Shown: positions 8,655 through 18,120, counted from the stretch's first letter. The stretch is 28,109 nucleotides of DNA from Candidatus Krumholzibacteriia bacterium (GCA_036478295.1 JAZGDW010000171.1:1-28109); one strand, 5' to 3'. Numbers and translations: made by a program. Notes: generated by a model not told the origin, from the letters alone.

Positions 8655-8664
8655 GGCTGGGATC

Positions 8665-9069
8665 CTAGATTTTCATGGTTTTCAACGATATTCGCCGCGC
8701 GTTTGCCAGGCGCAGCTCGTCGAGGATATCGACCATGATACCGTACTCGCTGTCGGGATGGGTCTCGATGACGACGATGAGCTTGGCGTTCTCGGCGAGC
8801 CTGCGCTCGATGCGCGGGCGCACACCGGCGAGGCTGACCTGCTCGTCATCCACCGTGATGGCACCGTTCGCGTGCGCCTGAACGACGAGTATGTTCTTGC
8901 GCTTCACCTTGACGTTTGTCGACTGTTTTCCGGGAAGCACCAGGGGAATCCCTTCCTCCAGCGCAAAAATCGTCGTCACGAGAAAGAAGATCAGCAGCAG
9001 AAACGCAATATCCGACATGGATGCTGCCGGTATATCCCCTGACGCTCTTTTTCGCGCGTGGTGCTTCAT
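8665..9069 (-). CDS. exbD: ExbD/TolR biopolymer transport protein (first copy)
   Basis: ASMSDIAFLLLIFFLVTT TM with the essential Asp; YGIMVDILDELR. Confidence 0.92.
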   Translation of the reverse strand: MKHHARKRASGDIPAASMSDIAFLLLIFFLVTTIFALEEGIPLVLPGKQSTNVKVKRKNILVVQAHANGAITVDDEQVSLAGVRPRIERRLAENAKLIVVIETHPDSEYGIMVDILDELRLANARRISLKTMKI

Positions 9070-9072
9070 GTG

Positions 9073-9942
9073 CTATTCGCTCCGTGCCTCGATCTCGACC
9101 AGCTCGTTGACCAGCTCCGCGGCGGCCTCCTCCATCTCGGTGATGAAACGGTCGATCTGCGAGACAAAATAGTTGTGCATGATATTCATCGGAATGGCGA
9201 CGATCAGTCCCGTCGCCGTCGTAATGAGCGCCTCCTGAATACCCTTGGCCACCAGTTTGGCGCTGACCTGCTCCGCCTGCGCGATCGCTGCGAAAGCGCT
9301 GATCATACCGGACACCGTGCCGAGGAACCCGAGGAGCGGCGCCACGTTACCCACCGTGGCGATCGCGACCAGTCCTCTCTCCAGAAAGGACATCTCGATG
9401 GTACCGGCGGTCTCGATGGCTTTCTCCACCGCTTCAGGTCCGTGGCCGGCCCGCATGAGACCGGAGTGAAGAATGGCGGCGATGGGTCCCCGCGTTTTCT
9501 CACACTCGGAGAGAGCGCCCTGCACGCCAGCTTGGCGCAGAGAGCGGATCGTGCGCCCCATGAGACTGCGTACGTTGGTCCGCGCCCTCGACAGCGTCCA
9601 CAGGCGTTCGATGATGAACACCAGGCCGATGATGGAACAGAGCAGGAGCGGATACATAAACAACCCACCCTTTACATAATTCTGGCCAATACCGCTCTGT
9701 TTCACCCGATAGACAAAACCGCTCTGTTCTTTCTTGATGATGGCCTGGATCTCCGTAGCGATCGCCACGGAGTCGTTCGGAGCCATTGCGAGCGAATCGG
9801 TAACGAGAATGCCCGTCGCTGCTACCGTAGTGTCCGCTCCCTCGGCACCCTCTTGAGCCGGCGCGGTTGTGCCTAAGGTCACAAGCAGCAGTACAAACGC
9901 AACCAGCGAGAGCGTCCTCTTCACAAATGAACTCGTGTACAT
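9073..9942 (-). CDS. exbB: MotA/TolQ/ExbB proton channel protein with N-terminal signal-like extension
   Basis: GGLFMYPLLLCSII, APLLGFLGTVSGMI, GIQEALITTATGLIVAIP motifs. ATG 9942 follows AAGGAG at 9952-9957 (ORF track start 9963). Confidence 0.92.
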   Translation of the reverse strand: MYTSSFVKRTLSLVAFVLLLVTLGTTAPAQEGAEGADTTVAATGILVTDSLAMAPNDSVAIATEIQAIIKKEQSGFVYRVKQSGIGQNYVKGGLFMYPLLLCSIIGLVFIIERLWTLSRARTNVRSLMGRTIRSLRQAGVQGALSECEKTRGPIAAILHSGLMRAGHGPEAVEKAIETAGTIEMSFLERGLVAIATVGNVAPLLGFLGTVSGMISAFAAIAQAEQVSAKLVAKGIQEALITTATGLIVAIPMNIMHNYFVSQIDRFITEMEEAAAELVNELVEIEARSE

Positions 9943-10043
9943 CGCAAAGAACTCCTTTGCCATAATAGGTGGATGTTTAGGGAATGATTGTCGCCGAAAT
10001 GTTTCGCTAACGATAGACCCAACATATGGTTAAGTATCCGTAG

Positions 10044-10072
10044 ACTATAAGTGACGCCGCACGAAGTGTCAA
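10044..10072 (-). promoter_or_regulatory. Sigma70-type promoter for exbB-exbD-exbD-tonB
   Basis: TTGACA (10072-10067) - 17 nt - TATAGT (10049-10044) on the minus strand in an AT-rich intergenic region. Confidence 0.8.
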
Positions 10073-10139
10073 TCAAAAATGGAAATCGGTGGGGTCCTGC
10101 CAGCGTGGTGGTGAGGTCAGCTAACCTGATGAAACTTCG

Positions 10140-11666
10140 TTACTTATTCGACAGCGACGAGCTACTTTCCAATTTATACCTCCCGTATCCTTCCCTGTCA
10201 ACGAAAATAAACCGCTGGCCGATATCCTGCTCGAGTGACACGTCCCTTTTGAGAAGGGGTTTGCCCTGACCGTTGTACACCCACAACTCGTACGGGTAGG
10301 CCACGTCGCCGCCTTCACCCACGTTCCCCAGACGTCGCGGGTCGATCACGATGTTGCGGCTGGGTCTCGCGTAATCGATGCGGCCGCCGGTGTTGCTGAA
10401 GTTGACCACGTGAAACTTATCTCCGACCTTTTCTAGCGCGTCGGACACCGATTCGCGGTTGAGCGGCATGACGTCCATGATGATCTCATCCGGGGGGCCG
10501 AGTTTCAGGTAGATCAGTCCCCGGTCCGTAAAGATGCCGAGCTGGTAGTCCGTGAATCTGGCGTTGACGTACTCCAGGCGTTCCTGAAACTCTTCGTACG
10601 CCTCGTTGACACCGGTCAGCGGGTCGGGGTCGGCCTCTTTCCACATCGCCTGCAGGGTCCTTTCTTGTTCGCCGACGCTCTTCGACGCAAAGTCTTCAAA
10701 ATCGTCCGCTTCCAGGAGAAAACGCGCTTCCGCGATGAGATTACGCCTGGACGTCTCCCACGTTTTCATGTCCCACGCGACGTTGAAGCGGCCCGCAACA
10801 ACGCGCACCAGCAGCTGATCCTCCAGACCAGCGTTGAGGTAGAGCGCATACCTACCCGCGGGAAAACGGTTGAGGTCCTCGTTGATGACCACGCGGTAGG
10901 TAATGATCCCCGTCCCCGGGTCGGTGGCCGCTTGGGAAACCCGGGCGGACGACTGGGTGACGACATCACCTTGCTCGTTCAGGATGTGCGTTTCGAGTTT
11001 CAGATTTCCCCGTTGCGCGATTTCCGCCGGTACGTACGCCTCGAAATAAACCTGCAAAGAATCGCGGTGCAGCCCGTATAACCGGGACGGGTTGGGATGG
11101 TGGATCACGCTGCCGCCAGTGAGCTTCTCGGTCCTCCAAACGAACTTCGCGTCACTCAGCGCCATCGTCTCCCCCGTGAAGTCCGGCACCTCGATAGGAA
11201 CGCGATCCACGAGCGATTTCCTCAGCTGGCCCTTTACCATACCGAGAACAGTCATCTTGGGGGCATTCAGGTCCTCCACGGCACACGAGATGTCGTAGCT
11301 GCCCGGCGCGAACTTGAATTTCTTGATCAGCGTCTGGAACCGTAGCGGGTCCCGCGCGTGGTTTTCGCTGTCCGCGTACATTTTGAACTCGGCGCTTTCC
11401 TTCAGCACCGTTTGCCGGCTCGCGTCCCGCACGCGAAACGAGATGCGCGCCCTTGCCTGCAGTCGGCCGTCGACCTGTTTGAAGCGCACCTGAGCATTCG
11501 GAATGCGGAGATAGACTTCCTCGAGGGTCGAACCGTCCTCCATGCGGAATCCTGCCGTGTCTAGATAAAAGTCGAAGTCGCCCTTACCCACTCCCTCACC
11601 AGCACTCGCCCGGGACGTCACCACAGCTAGTAGGGCAAGCAATATGACAGCACAGGTACGGTTCAT
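10140..11666 (-). CDS. GWxTD-domain-containing exported protein
   Basis: 508 aa. Signal peptide (ASA-G), beta-rich N-terminal region, then MWKEADPDPLTGVNEAYEEFQERLEYVNARF...GIFTDRGLIYLKLGPPDEI...PYELWVY...FIFVDREGYGRYKL. Confidence 0.88.
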   Translation of the reverse strand: MNRTCAVILLALLAVVTSRASAGEGVGKGDFDFYLDTAGFRMEDGSTLEEVYLRIPNAQVRFKQVDGRLQARARISFRVRDASRQTVLKESAEFKMYADSENHARDPLRFQTLIKKFKFAPGSYDISCAVEDLNAPKMTVLGMVKGQLRKSLVDRVPIEVPDFTGETMALSDAKFVWRTEKLTGGSVIHHPNPSRLYGLHRDSLQVYFEAYVPAEIAQRGNLKLETHILNEQGDVVTQSSARVSQAATDPGTGIITYRVVINEDLNRFPAGRYALYLNAGLEDQLLVRVVAGRFNVAWDMKTWETSRRNLIAEARFLLEADDFEDFASKSVGEQERTLQAMWKEADPDPLTGVNEAYEEFQERLEYVNARFTDYQLGIFTDRGLIYLKLGPPDEIIMDVMPLNRESVSDALEKVGDKFHVVNFSNTGGRIDYARPSRNIVIDPRRLGNVGEGGDVAYPYELWVYNGQGKPLLKRDVSLEQDIGQRFIFVDREGYGRYKLESSSSLSNK

Positions 11667-11684
11667 TGATTCTCCCCAAAATTA

Positions 11685-11711
11685 CAACGGGCACCCGCCG
11701 GGTGCCCATTG
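11685..11711 (-). terminator. Stem-loop between the PorV-like and GWxTD genes (weak terminator or mRNA stabiliser)
   Basis: GGGCACCC-gcc-GGGTGCCC (11689-11707), followed on the minus strand by GTTGTAATTTT. Confidence 0.5.
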
Positions 11712-11742
11712 CTCGAAACATCTGTCGATACCCGGCCCGGGC

Positions 11743-12690
11743 TTAATAGCTGAACCCGAGGCTAAACCTGTGGGAATTCCCCAGGAAACCAAGGTCTTCC
11801 CACGCGTAGTCGAAGTTCAGGTCGGAGGTCTGTGTGGTATCGAACCGGAGCCCGAAACCGGCGGCCGCGCCGGCGGCGTCGTAATCGACGTTGTAGCCAC
11901 CGCGGAGATAGAAGAACTGGTTAAAGGAGTACTCACCACCCACGTTGACCCTTTCCGTGTTGTCCGACGGGTGGGCGAATTCCCCGACCGTGCTCAAACT
12001 GTGCACACCTCGCTGGTATGCAGCCACCGAGACGCCGATTTTGAACAGCGTGGGTATTTTCGACTCACGGCTGTCGTAATCCACCTTGCCGCCCAGACTC
12101 TGGATCATCATGCCCAGCCTCATACCCCTGAACCCGATTCGGTAGATCAAGCCGAAATCGACCGCGTAGGTATTGACACTCTTCTCGGCAAGACCCGAGT
12201 GAATGAAATGCACTGTGCCACCGGCCGAGAACTTGTCCGTGAAGAACTGGGCATAGGACAGCCCAAAAGACATGTCGCCCGCGTCGAACTCGCGACCGGT
12301 CCCGTTGGGCAGAAAGATCGTGCGCTCCGTCTGTGGATCGATCGACAACGCGCGCGCAGAAACACCCCAGGTGCCCGGCGCGAACGGTACGGTAAATATG
12401 GCTGCCGCGAAGTCCAGGGACACGTCGGCGGGCCAGAACACATGTTCCAGCGCCACGGCCGTGTTGGTCACCTCGACGATGCCCGCCGGGTTCCAGTAGA
12501 CGGCCGATGCATCGTTGGCGAGTGCGGTGTACGCACCCCCCATGCCCGTTGCACGCGCGGACGGGCCGATCTTCAGAAACTGAAGCGCAAACGTGCCCAC
12601 CTTCGCGAACGGTTCCGTTGCGAACGACTGAGCTGGCAGCAAAGACGCCACGACAATCGAAACAATGACTAATCCGAACTTGGAACGCAC
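11743..12690 (-). CDS. PorV/PorQ-family (FadL-like) outer-membrane beta-barrel protein
   Basis: Signal peptide, then FLKIGPSARATGMGGAYTALANDASAVYWNPAG, typical of PorV/PorQ-like barrels; ends HRFSLGFSY (beta-signal). GTG 12690 is 7 nt from GAGGAGG (ORF track start 12696). Confidence 0.88.
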   Translation of the reverse strand: MRSKFGLVIVSIVVASLLPAQSFATEPFAKVGTFALQFLKIGPSARATGMGGAYTALANDASAVYWNPAGIVEVTNTAVALEHVFWPADVSLDFAAAIFTVPFAPGTWGVSARALSIDPQTERTIFLPNGTGREFDAGDMSFGLSYAQFFTDKFSAGGTVHFIHSGLAEKSVNTYAVDFGLIYRIGFRGMRLGMMIQSLGGKVDYDSRESKIPTLFKIGVSVAAYQRGVHSLSTVGEFAHPSDNTERVNVGGEYSFNQFFYLRGGYNVDYDAAGAAAGFGLRFDTTQTSDLNFDYAWEDLGFLGNSHRFSLGFSY

Positions 12691-12782
12691 AGTCAAACCT
12701 CCTCAGACTCCGTTGCCCGCGTAAGACGCACGTGGGGATTCACTCGTACTTTCGATTCTCATTGTCCACAACCTGTTAACAT

Positions 12783-15700
12783 TTAGAATTCAAACCCAAA
12801 ACCGATCCGCCAGATCCGGTGCTGCTCGAACACGGTCGGGTCGGTGACCGGCACAAAATCATCACGTCCATCGTCGTCTATATCTTGCAGGTACGCACCT
12901 CCGAAGCGGCCGGTCTCGGTAAGGTATGAGCCTCCATCCATCTGAGCCACTGCCATCTGGGGGAAGACCCCCGGTGCATCCTGGCCGGGCAGTATAATAT
13001 CCTCATCCAGCAGGTTCCGCCCCTCGAAGAAGAGCGTCAGATCACGCCCGTAGATGTTGAACTTCTTGCGTCCCTGAATGCTTACGCGGTGCGACGACTC
13101 GAAACGGTTGGCGTTTTCTTGCAGCGGATCCTGCAGGCGCGCGAACCGGTCTATCGGGGTCCACGGAAGCCCGCTGCCAAACTGGTAGATCGCGGTCGCG
13201 CCCCAGTTGTTGCGCTCCCGCATGCGCAGCGTCACGTTGAACGTATGCCGTTGATCCCAGTCCAGGGGACGCTCATCCGTCGGCAGGTGAGTCAGGCCTT
13301 GCGCCGAGCGGCCAAAGTCCGAGTCGCTGGACACGCCATCGGCGAACGAATACGTGTAGTAGGCCTCGAACCCGAAGCGGCGTGACAACCGTTTCTCCAG
13401 CGAGAGCTCCAATCCTCTGGAACTCGCGTAGGTCTTATTGATAAACCGCGTGCTCTGGATACCCGTCGAGTCGTCGGTGACGAGGGTCGACGATATCAAT
13501 CCGTAGATATCCTTGCTGAAGACCACGAAGTTGCCCGCCACATCCTCGCTGAACTGGTGCGAAATACCCGCCTGGTACGAAATTGTCAGCTCAGGTCCCA
13601 GGTCCGGGTTGCCCAGAGTCCCGATCGATCCGATGGCGTCCTGGGTCGCGAAGAGAAAGGTGCGGCTCGGCCACTGGGTGAACCGGCCGTAATGGAAAAA
13701 GAATTTGTCGCGGTCGGTGATCGGAAACGCGATTCCGAGTCTCGGCGACACGTTTTGCTTGAACGTTTGGACCTCTTTGGGGATTTCCACGTTATTGATC
13801 AGGCTCTCGTCGTTGTTTCCCGTCGAGAAGAACTCCCACCGGACCCCCGCATTCACGACCATCCCTTCGTATTCCCACTTGTCCTGCGCGTAGACGGCAC
13901 CCTCGGGGTTGAAGTTGTGGAACAAGTTGACGTTCCGGCCCTGCTGCGAGGTGCCCTCTGACGGGTTCTCCCGGGTTTGCGCCGGGAACACGCGTGTCTC
14001 CTGATTGAGGTCATTGTAGATGAACTGCACCCCGGCCTTCATCCGGTGACCTTTTACCCGCTCGGACGTCAGGTCTCCCTTGATCAGGTACTGCACCGTT
14101 TGCCGGTCCTCGAAGAACGGCGAGTCATACGCGGTGACGAAATATGGAAAGTCGGGATCCGTGTACCATGTCGCCTGACTGACACCTCCCTGCAAGAAGG
14201 TACCCGACGGCAGCTGCGTCGGCAGGCCCGCCGAAGTGAACTGCCCGGGCGCTTTGCCGTTAACGGTCTGGGTCCGGTTGAATGCCAGGCGGCTAAAGTT
14301 AACGGAATAAAGGATATCATCCGCAATGTTATGATTGAAAGACAGCTTGAGCTGCAGGTTTTGATTCTCGATTTCCGGTGTTCGCGATGCCGAATTGAAG
14401 AAGACGAACGAGGAATCGGACGCATCTCCGGCCGGCGTCGCCCGGAAATCGCTGAACGGGAACTGGAATCCCTCGAAGAGAATCCACGACCGGCGTCCCC
14501 CCGTTGGCTGACCGCCGGCGTCCACGAGCGCCTCGTCCCACAGGATCGTCTGGCCGTTGACATCGATCGCCCGGAAGTTGAAGAACTTGCGTTCGGTCGC
14601 AATCCCGTCCGGGTCGCGTACGATCTGCACGACCTCGACCGTTCTCGGGTTGGGTTGCTTGGCTGGATCGTTCACGGCGTCGAGCCACGGTCCCTCGAAC
14701 TGAACCGAGATACCACCGAAGGAGAAAACGTCCTGACCCGTACCGGTCGGGATCAGGCGCTGGAAGTAATAGACCTTCTGTACGGAACCCTGGAGGTTCC
14801 AGTTGTGCCGGTACAGTTCGCGCCTGGAACGCTGGACGATCGCCTCGCCGGTGACTTTGAACGGCGCATGGTTCCACGAGAGCTTCGTCTGCACGTTCAG
14901 CGAGTGACTCATCCGATCACGAGCCTTTAGCCAATTCGTGAGCTTGTGCTCCGTCCTCTGCTCTATGGAAACGTTCTCCCCGTCCAGAAACGTGCCCTCT
15001 GCGGATACGTAGTAGCGCACGCTCTTCCATGGGGTCGGCCCGCCGAATCCCAGGCTTACGCGGTCGAAGTTGGTGAACGTCTTATCCTGGCGCCCGAAGT
15101 CGTCGGTCATGTAGCGAAACTCGCCACCAAAAACGTTGCCGCCTTCCTTGGTGCTAATATTAATCACACCTGATTGGGCGTTGCCGTACTCGGCGTCCAT
15201 ACCGCCGGCAATAAAGTCGGACCCGGAGACTCCCAGGAGCCCGACGTCCATCGCGGCTCCACCGAGCGGGTCATCGACCGGAACGCCGTCGATCTGCATC
15301 TGGATCTCTCCCGACCGGCCGCCGCGGGCGTGAAGCTCGTCACCGGTTTTCACGATTCCCGTCTTGAGCGCGATGGCCTCGATGGCGCTATCGACCGGCA
15401 TATCCAACATTTGCTCGTCGGTCACGGATGAGCGTACATCGGACGACGTAACGTCGATCATCTTGCGTTCGCCGGTGACCTCGATGACCTGGGTCTCCGC
15501 GACAATCGTTTCTACCAGGGTAAAGGTTACCTCAGTCGCCCGGTTAGCGTTGACGGCGATCCTGGCCAACTCGACCGTCTTGTAACCCATCATCATCGCC
15601 TTAACGGTGTAGGTGCCCACCGGCACGCCCTCAACCGCGAACTTGCCGTCGTCGAGACTCATCGCACCCTTGTTGGTGCCGACGATGATCACGTTGGCGA

Positions 15701-15854
15701 AACCGAGAGGCTTCTTGGTCTTCTTATCGATTACCCTGCCGGTAATCCGGCCGGTACCCTGGGCTTGCAGGAGAGTGGGGCTTGAAACACACAGAAGCGC
15801 GAATGCGAGCAAGGCACCGACGAAAGGCATTCTCACCCTTGCGTTTCCAAACAT
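12783..15854 (-). CDS. TonB-dependent receptor with N-terminal carboxypeptidase-regulatory-like domain
   Basis: 1023 aa. Signal peptide, GRITGRVIDKKTKKPLGFANV domain, plug (RGGRSGE...IDGVPV...GGMDAEYGNAQSGVINISTKEG), SPRLGIAFPITDRDKFFFHYGRF, GNPDLGPE, terminal GFGFEF. Confidence 0.95.
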   Translation of the reverse strand: MFGNARVRMPFVGALLAFALLCVSSPTLLQAQGTGRITGRVIDKKTKKPLGFANVIIVGTNKGAMSLDDGKFAVEGVPVGTYTVKAMMMGYKTVELARIAVNANRATEVTFTLVETIVAETQVIEVTGERKMIDVTSSDVRSSVTDEQMLDMPVDSAIEAIALKTGIVKTGDELHARGGRSGEIQMQIDGVPVDDPLGGAAMDVGLLGVSGSDFIAGGMDAEYGNAQSGVINISTKEGGNVFGGEFRYMTDDFGRQDKTFTNFDRVSLGFGGPTPWKSVRYYVSAEGTFLDGENVSIEQRTEHKLTNWLKARDRMSHSLNVQTKLSWNHAPFKVTGEAIVQRSRRELYRHNWNLQGSVQKVYYFQRLIPTGTGQDVFSFGGISVQFEGPWLDAVNDPAKQPNPRTVEVVQIVRDPDGIATERKFFNFRAIDVNGQTILWDEALVDAGGQPTGGRRSWILFEGFQFPFSDFRATPAGDASDSSFVFFNSASRTPEIENQNLQLKLSFNHNIADDILYSVNFSRLAFNRTQTVNGKAPGQFTSAGLPTQLPSGTFLQGGVSQATWYTDPDFPYFVTAYDSPFFEDRQTVQYLIKGDLTSERVKGHRMKAGVQFIYNDLNQETRVFPAQTRENPSEGTSQQGRNVNLFHNFNPEGAVYAQDKWEYEGMVVNAGVRWEFFSTGNNDESLINNVEIPKEVQTFKQNVSPRLGIAFPITDRDKFFFHYGRFTQWPSRTFLFATQDAIGSIGTLGNPDLGPELTISYQAGISHQFSEDVAGNFVVFSKDIYGLISSTLVTDDSTGIQSTRFINKTYASSRGLELSLEKRLSRRFGFEAYYTYSFADGVSSDSDFGRSAQGLTHLPTDERPLDWDQRHTFNVTLRMRERNNWGATAIYQFGSGLPWTPIDRFARLQDPLQENANRFESSHRVSIQGRKKFNIYGRDLTLFFEGRNLLDEDIILPGQDAPGVFPQMAVAQMDGGSYLTETGRFGGAYLQDIDDDGRDDFVPVTDPTVFEQHRIWRIGFGFEF

Positions 15855-15994
15855 ACATTCACCCCTTTCGATGGCGTAACTGCACGATATATCGCGTGGG
15901 GACGACTCTAGGAACAGGTGACGTTCTGCCCCGGTAAAGCAGGTGGGGGTTACGATAACATACCTTGGGCAGGATTGGCAATACTGCTGACTTC

Positions 15995-16015
15995 CTGTAA
16001 AAATATATTTTACAG
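15995..16015. promoter_or_regulatory. Palindromic operator-like site overlapping the -10 box
   Basis: CTGTAAAA-atata-TTTTACAG, a perfect 8-5-8 inverted repeat. Confidence 0.65.
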
Positions 16016-16030
16016 CCCGACGCGTGTCAA
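16002..16030 (-). promoter_or_regulatory. Sigma70-type promoter for the TonB-dependent receptor operon
   Basis: TTGACA (16030-16025) - 17 nt - TATATT (16007-16002) on the minus strand. Confidence 0.8.
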
Positions 16031-16082
16031 CGAAATAATCGTGCCCGGTGACCCCCAGCCCGCCCTGAAGGGTTCCTCGGCG

Positions 16083-17126
16083 TTACAACGCCGCCCTCCG
16101 CTCAACCGCCGGCGGTCCCCGGAGAGGGGCCCCCGCCTCATCCTCGTACAGCCAGCAGCTCGTACTGTGCCCGGGTCCGACCTCACGCATCGCGGGTACC
16201 TGGTTCCGGCACACGTCCATCACATGGGGGCAGCGCGGGTGAAACGGGCACCCCGAGGGTACCTGCGCCGGGCTGGGAACGTCCCCGGAAAGGACGATGC
16301 GCTCGCTCTTGCGCCCCGGGTCCAGACTCGGGATCGCGCTTATAAGCGCTTGTGTATAAGGGTGTTTAGCCTCCTCGTAGAGCCGGGCCGCGTCGGCAGT
16401 CTCCACGATCTTGCCCAGGTACATCACGGCGACACGGTCGCTAATGTATTCGACGACCCCAAGGTCGTGAGCGATGAACAAGAAGGCCAGCCCGAGATCA
16501 CGCTGCAACTCCTTGAGCAGGTTGAGGATCTGAGCCTGAATCGACACGTCCAGGGCGCTGACCGGCTCGTCGGCGATAATCAACTCGGGACCCACCGCCA
16601 GTGCCCTCGCGATACCGATTCGCTGTCTTTGCCCGCCGGAAAACTCATGCGGATACCGGTTCATATGGTCCGGCGGGATGCCCACTCGATCCAGTAACTC
16701 GGCTACTCTCTTGCGGATACCATCCCCGGAGGCCAGTTTGTGGATCTTGATCGCCTCGGCGATCATGCTGCCCACCGTCAGCCGCGGGTTGAGCGAGCCA
16801 TAGGGATCCTGAAAGATAATTTGGAGGCGTTTCCGCAGCCTGCGCATCGCTTTGCCGTTCAACGAAAACACGGGGATGTCATCAAAGAACACTTCGCCAC
16901 CGCTGGGTTCGATGAGGCGCAGGATGGTCCTGGCCAGGGTGGTCTTGCCGCACCCGGACTCGCCCACCAGGCTCAGGACTTCACCCCGGCTCACCTCGAA
17001 GCTGACACCGTCGACCGCTTTGGTGTGGCCGACCACCCGCGAGAAGAACCCCTTGCGGATGGGAAAATATTTCCGCAGGTCCCGCACGGATAACAGCGTA
17101 CCGTTGGATTCAGGGGATGGTGTCAT
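16083..17126 (-). CDS. oppF: Oligopeptide/dipeptide ABC transporter ATP-binding protein (OppF/DppF type)
   Basis: [38 protein letters not shown] and C-terminal GCPFHPRC...C...C. True start is likely ATG 17126 just after the oppD stop; the ORF-track extension overlaps oppD. Confidence 0.92.
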   Translation of the reverse strand: MTPSPESNGTLLSVRDLRKYFPIRKGFFSRVVGHTKAVDGVSFEVSRGEVLSLVGESGCGKTTLARTILRLIEPSGGEVFFDDIPVFSLNGKAMRRLRKRLQIIFQDPYGSLNPRLTVGSMIAEAIKIHKLASGDGIRKRVAELLDRVGIPPDHMNRYPHEFSGGQRQRIGIARALAVGPELIIADEPVSALDVSIQAQILNLLKELQRDLGLAFLFIAHDLGVVEYISDRVAVMYLGKIVETADAARLYEEAKHPYTQALISAIPSLDPGRKSERIVLSGDVPSPAQVPSGCPFHPRCPHVMDVCRNQVPAMREVGPGHSTSCWLYEDEAGAPLRGPPAVERRAAL

Positions 17127-17127
17127 A

Positions 17128-18120
17128 TCATTCCACGATTTCCGTTCGCGCGACGTCCTTCCAGCAGCGGACCCGGTGGCCCGGTGCCCCGTCACGCATC
17201 TCGATGTCGCCTTCCGTACAGCGCGCTTCCGCATGCGGGCAGCGGTCCGAAAACCTGCACCCAGGCGGCAGGTGAAAAGGATCCGGCAACCTGCCGGGTA
17301 TGACACTAAGTTCGCGACCGCGATGAACCAGACGAGGAATCGACTCCTGCAGGCCGATGGTGTACGGGTGACGGGGACGATGGAACAGGTCACCGACCTC
17401 CGCCTCTTCCACGACCTGGCCGGCGTACATGACGACGACGCGCCGGGCGGTTTCTGCGATGACGCCGAGGTCGTGCGTAATCATCAAGACCGCCATGTTG
17501 AACCGTTCCTGGAGCGACTGGAGGAGTTCGAGTATCTGAGCCTGGATCGTGACGTCGAGCGCCGTCGTGGGCTCGTCTGCGATCAGGAGACTCGGATGGC
17601 AGGACAGCGCCATGGCGATCATCACCCGCTGTCGCATGCCACCACTCAACTGATGGGGATACGACTTCGCGCACTGCCTGGGGTCGGGAATGCCCACCAG
17701 GCCGAGCATCTCCACGGTGCGCTCCAGGGATTCTTTCTTGCCCACGCCCTGGTGTAGCAGCACCGCTTCCTGGATCTGGTAGCCGCAGGTAAACACAGGG
17801 TTGAGAGTGGTCATCGGCTCCTGGAAGATCATGGAGATCTCGTTGCCCCGCACCTTGCGCATGTCGGATTCGGACAGACCGAGCAGGTTGCGTCCCTTGT
17901 AGAGGATCTCCCCACCGTCGATCCTCCCCGGCGGCATCTGGATGAGGCGCATGATAGCGAGCGCGGTGACCGTCTTGCCACAGCCGCTCTCCCCGACCAG
18001 CCCGAGGGTCTCCCCGGGCCGTACCGAGAAACTGGTGCGGTCCACCACCCGCGCCACTCCCTCCTCGGTCCGAAAGCTGCAGCTAAGGTCTTTGATTTCA
18101 AGAAGCGTTTCCATCGACAC
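17128..18120 (-). CDS. oppD: Oligopeptide/dipeptide ABC transporter ATP-binding protein (OppD/DppD type)
   Basis: [46 protein letters not shown]. Start 18120 or 18114. Confidence 0.92.
   Translation of the reverse strand: MSMETLLEIKDLSCSFRTEEGVARVVDRTSFSVRPGETLGLVGESGCGKTVTALAIMRLIQMPPGRIDGGEILYKGRNLLGLSESDMRKVRGNEISMIFQEPMTTLNPVFTCGYQIQEAVLLHQGVGKKESLERTVEMLGLVGIPDPRQCAKSYPHQLSGGMRQRVMIAMALSCHPSLLIADEPTTALDVTIQAQILELLQSLQERFNMAVLMITHDLGVIAETARRVVVMYAGQVVEEAEVGDLFHRPRHPYTIGLQESIPRLVHRGRELSVIPGRLPDPFHLPPGCRFSDRCPHAEARCTEGDIEMRDGAPGHRVRCWKDVARTEIVE

Noticed and set aside
9981..10006. Fur box or palindrome in the exbB leader (GGAATGATTGTC; CGAAA-TG-TTTCG)
   Set aside because: Only a partial half-site match and a 5-bp arm; too weak to call.
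15995..16015. LexA SOS box
   Set aside because: CTGT and ACAG are 13 nt apart rather than 8, and the site is not upstream of a repair gene.
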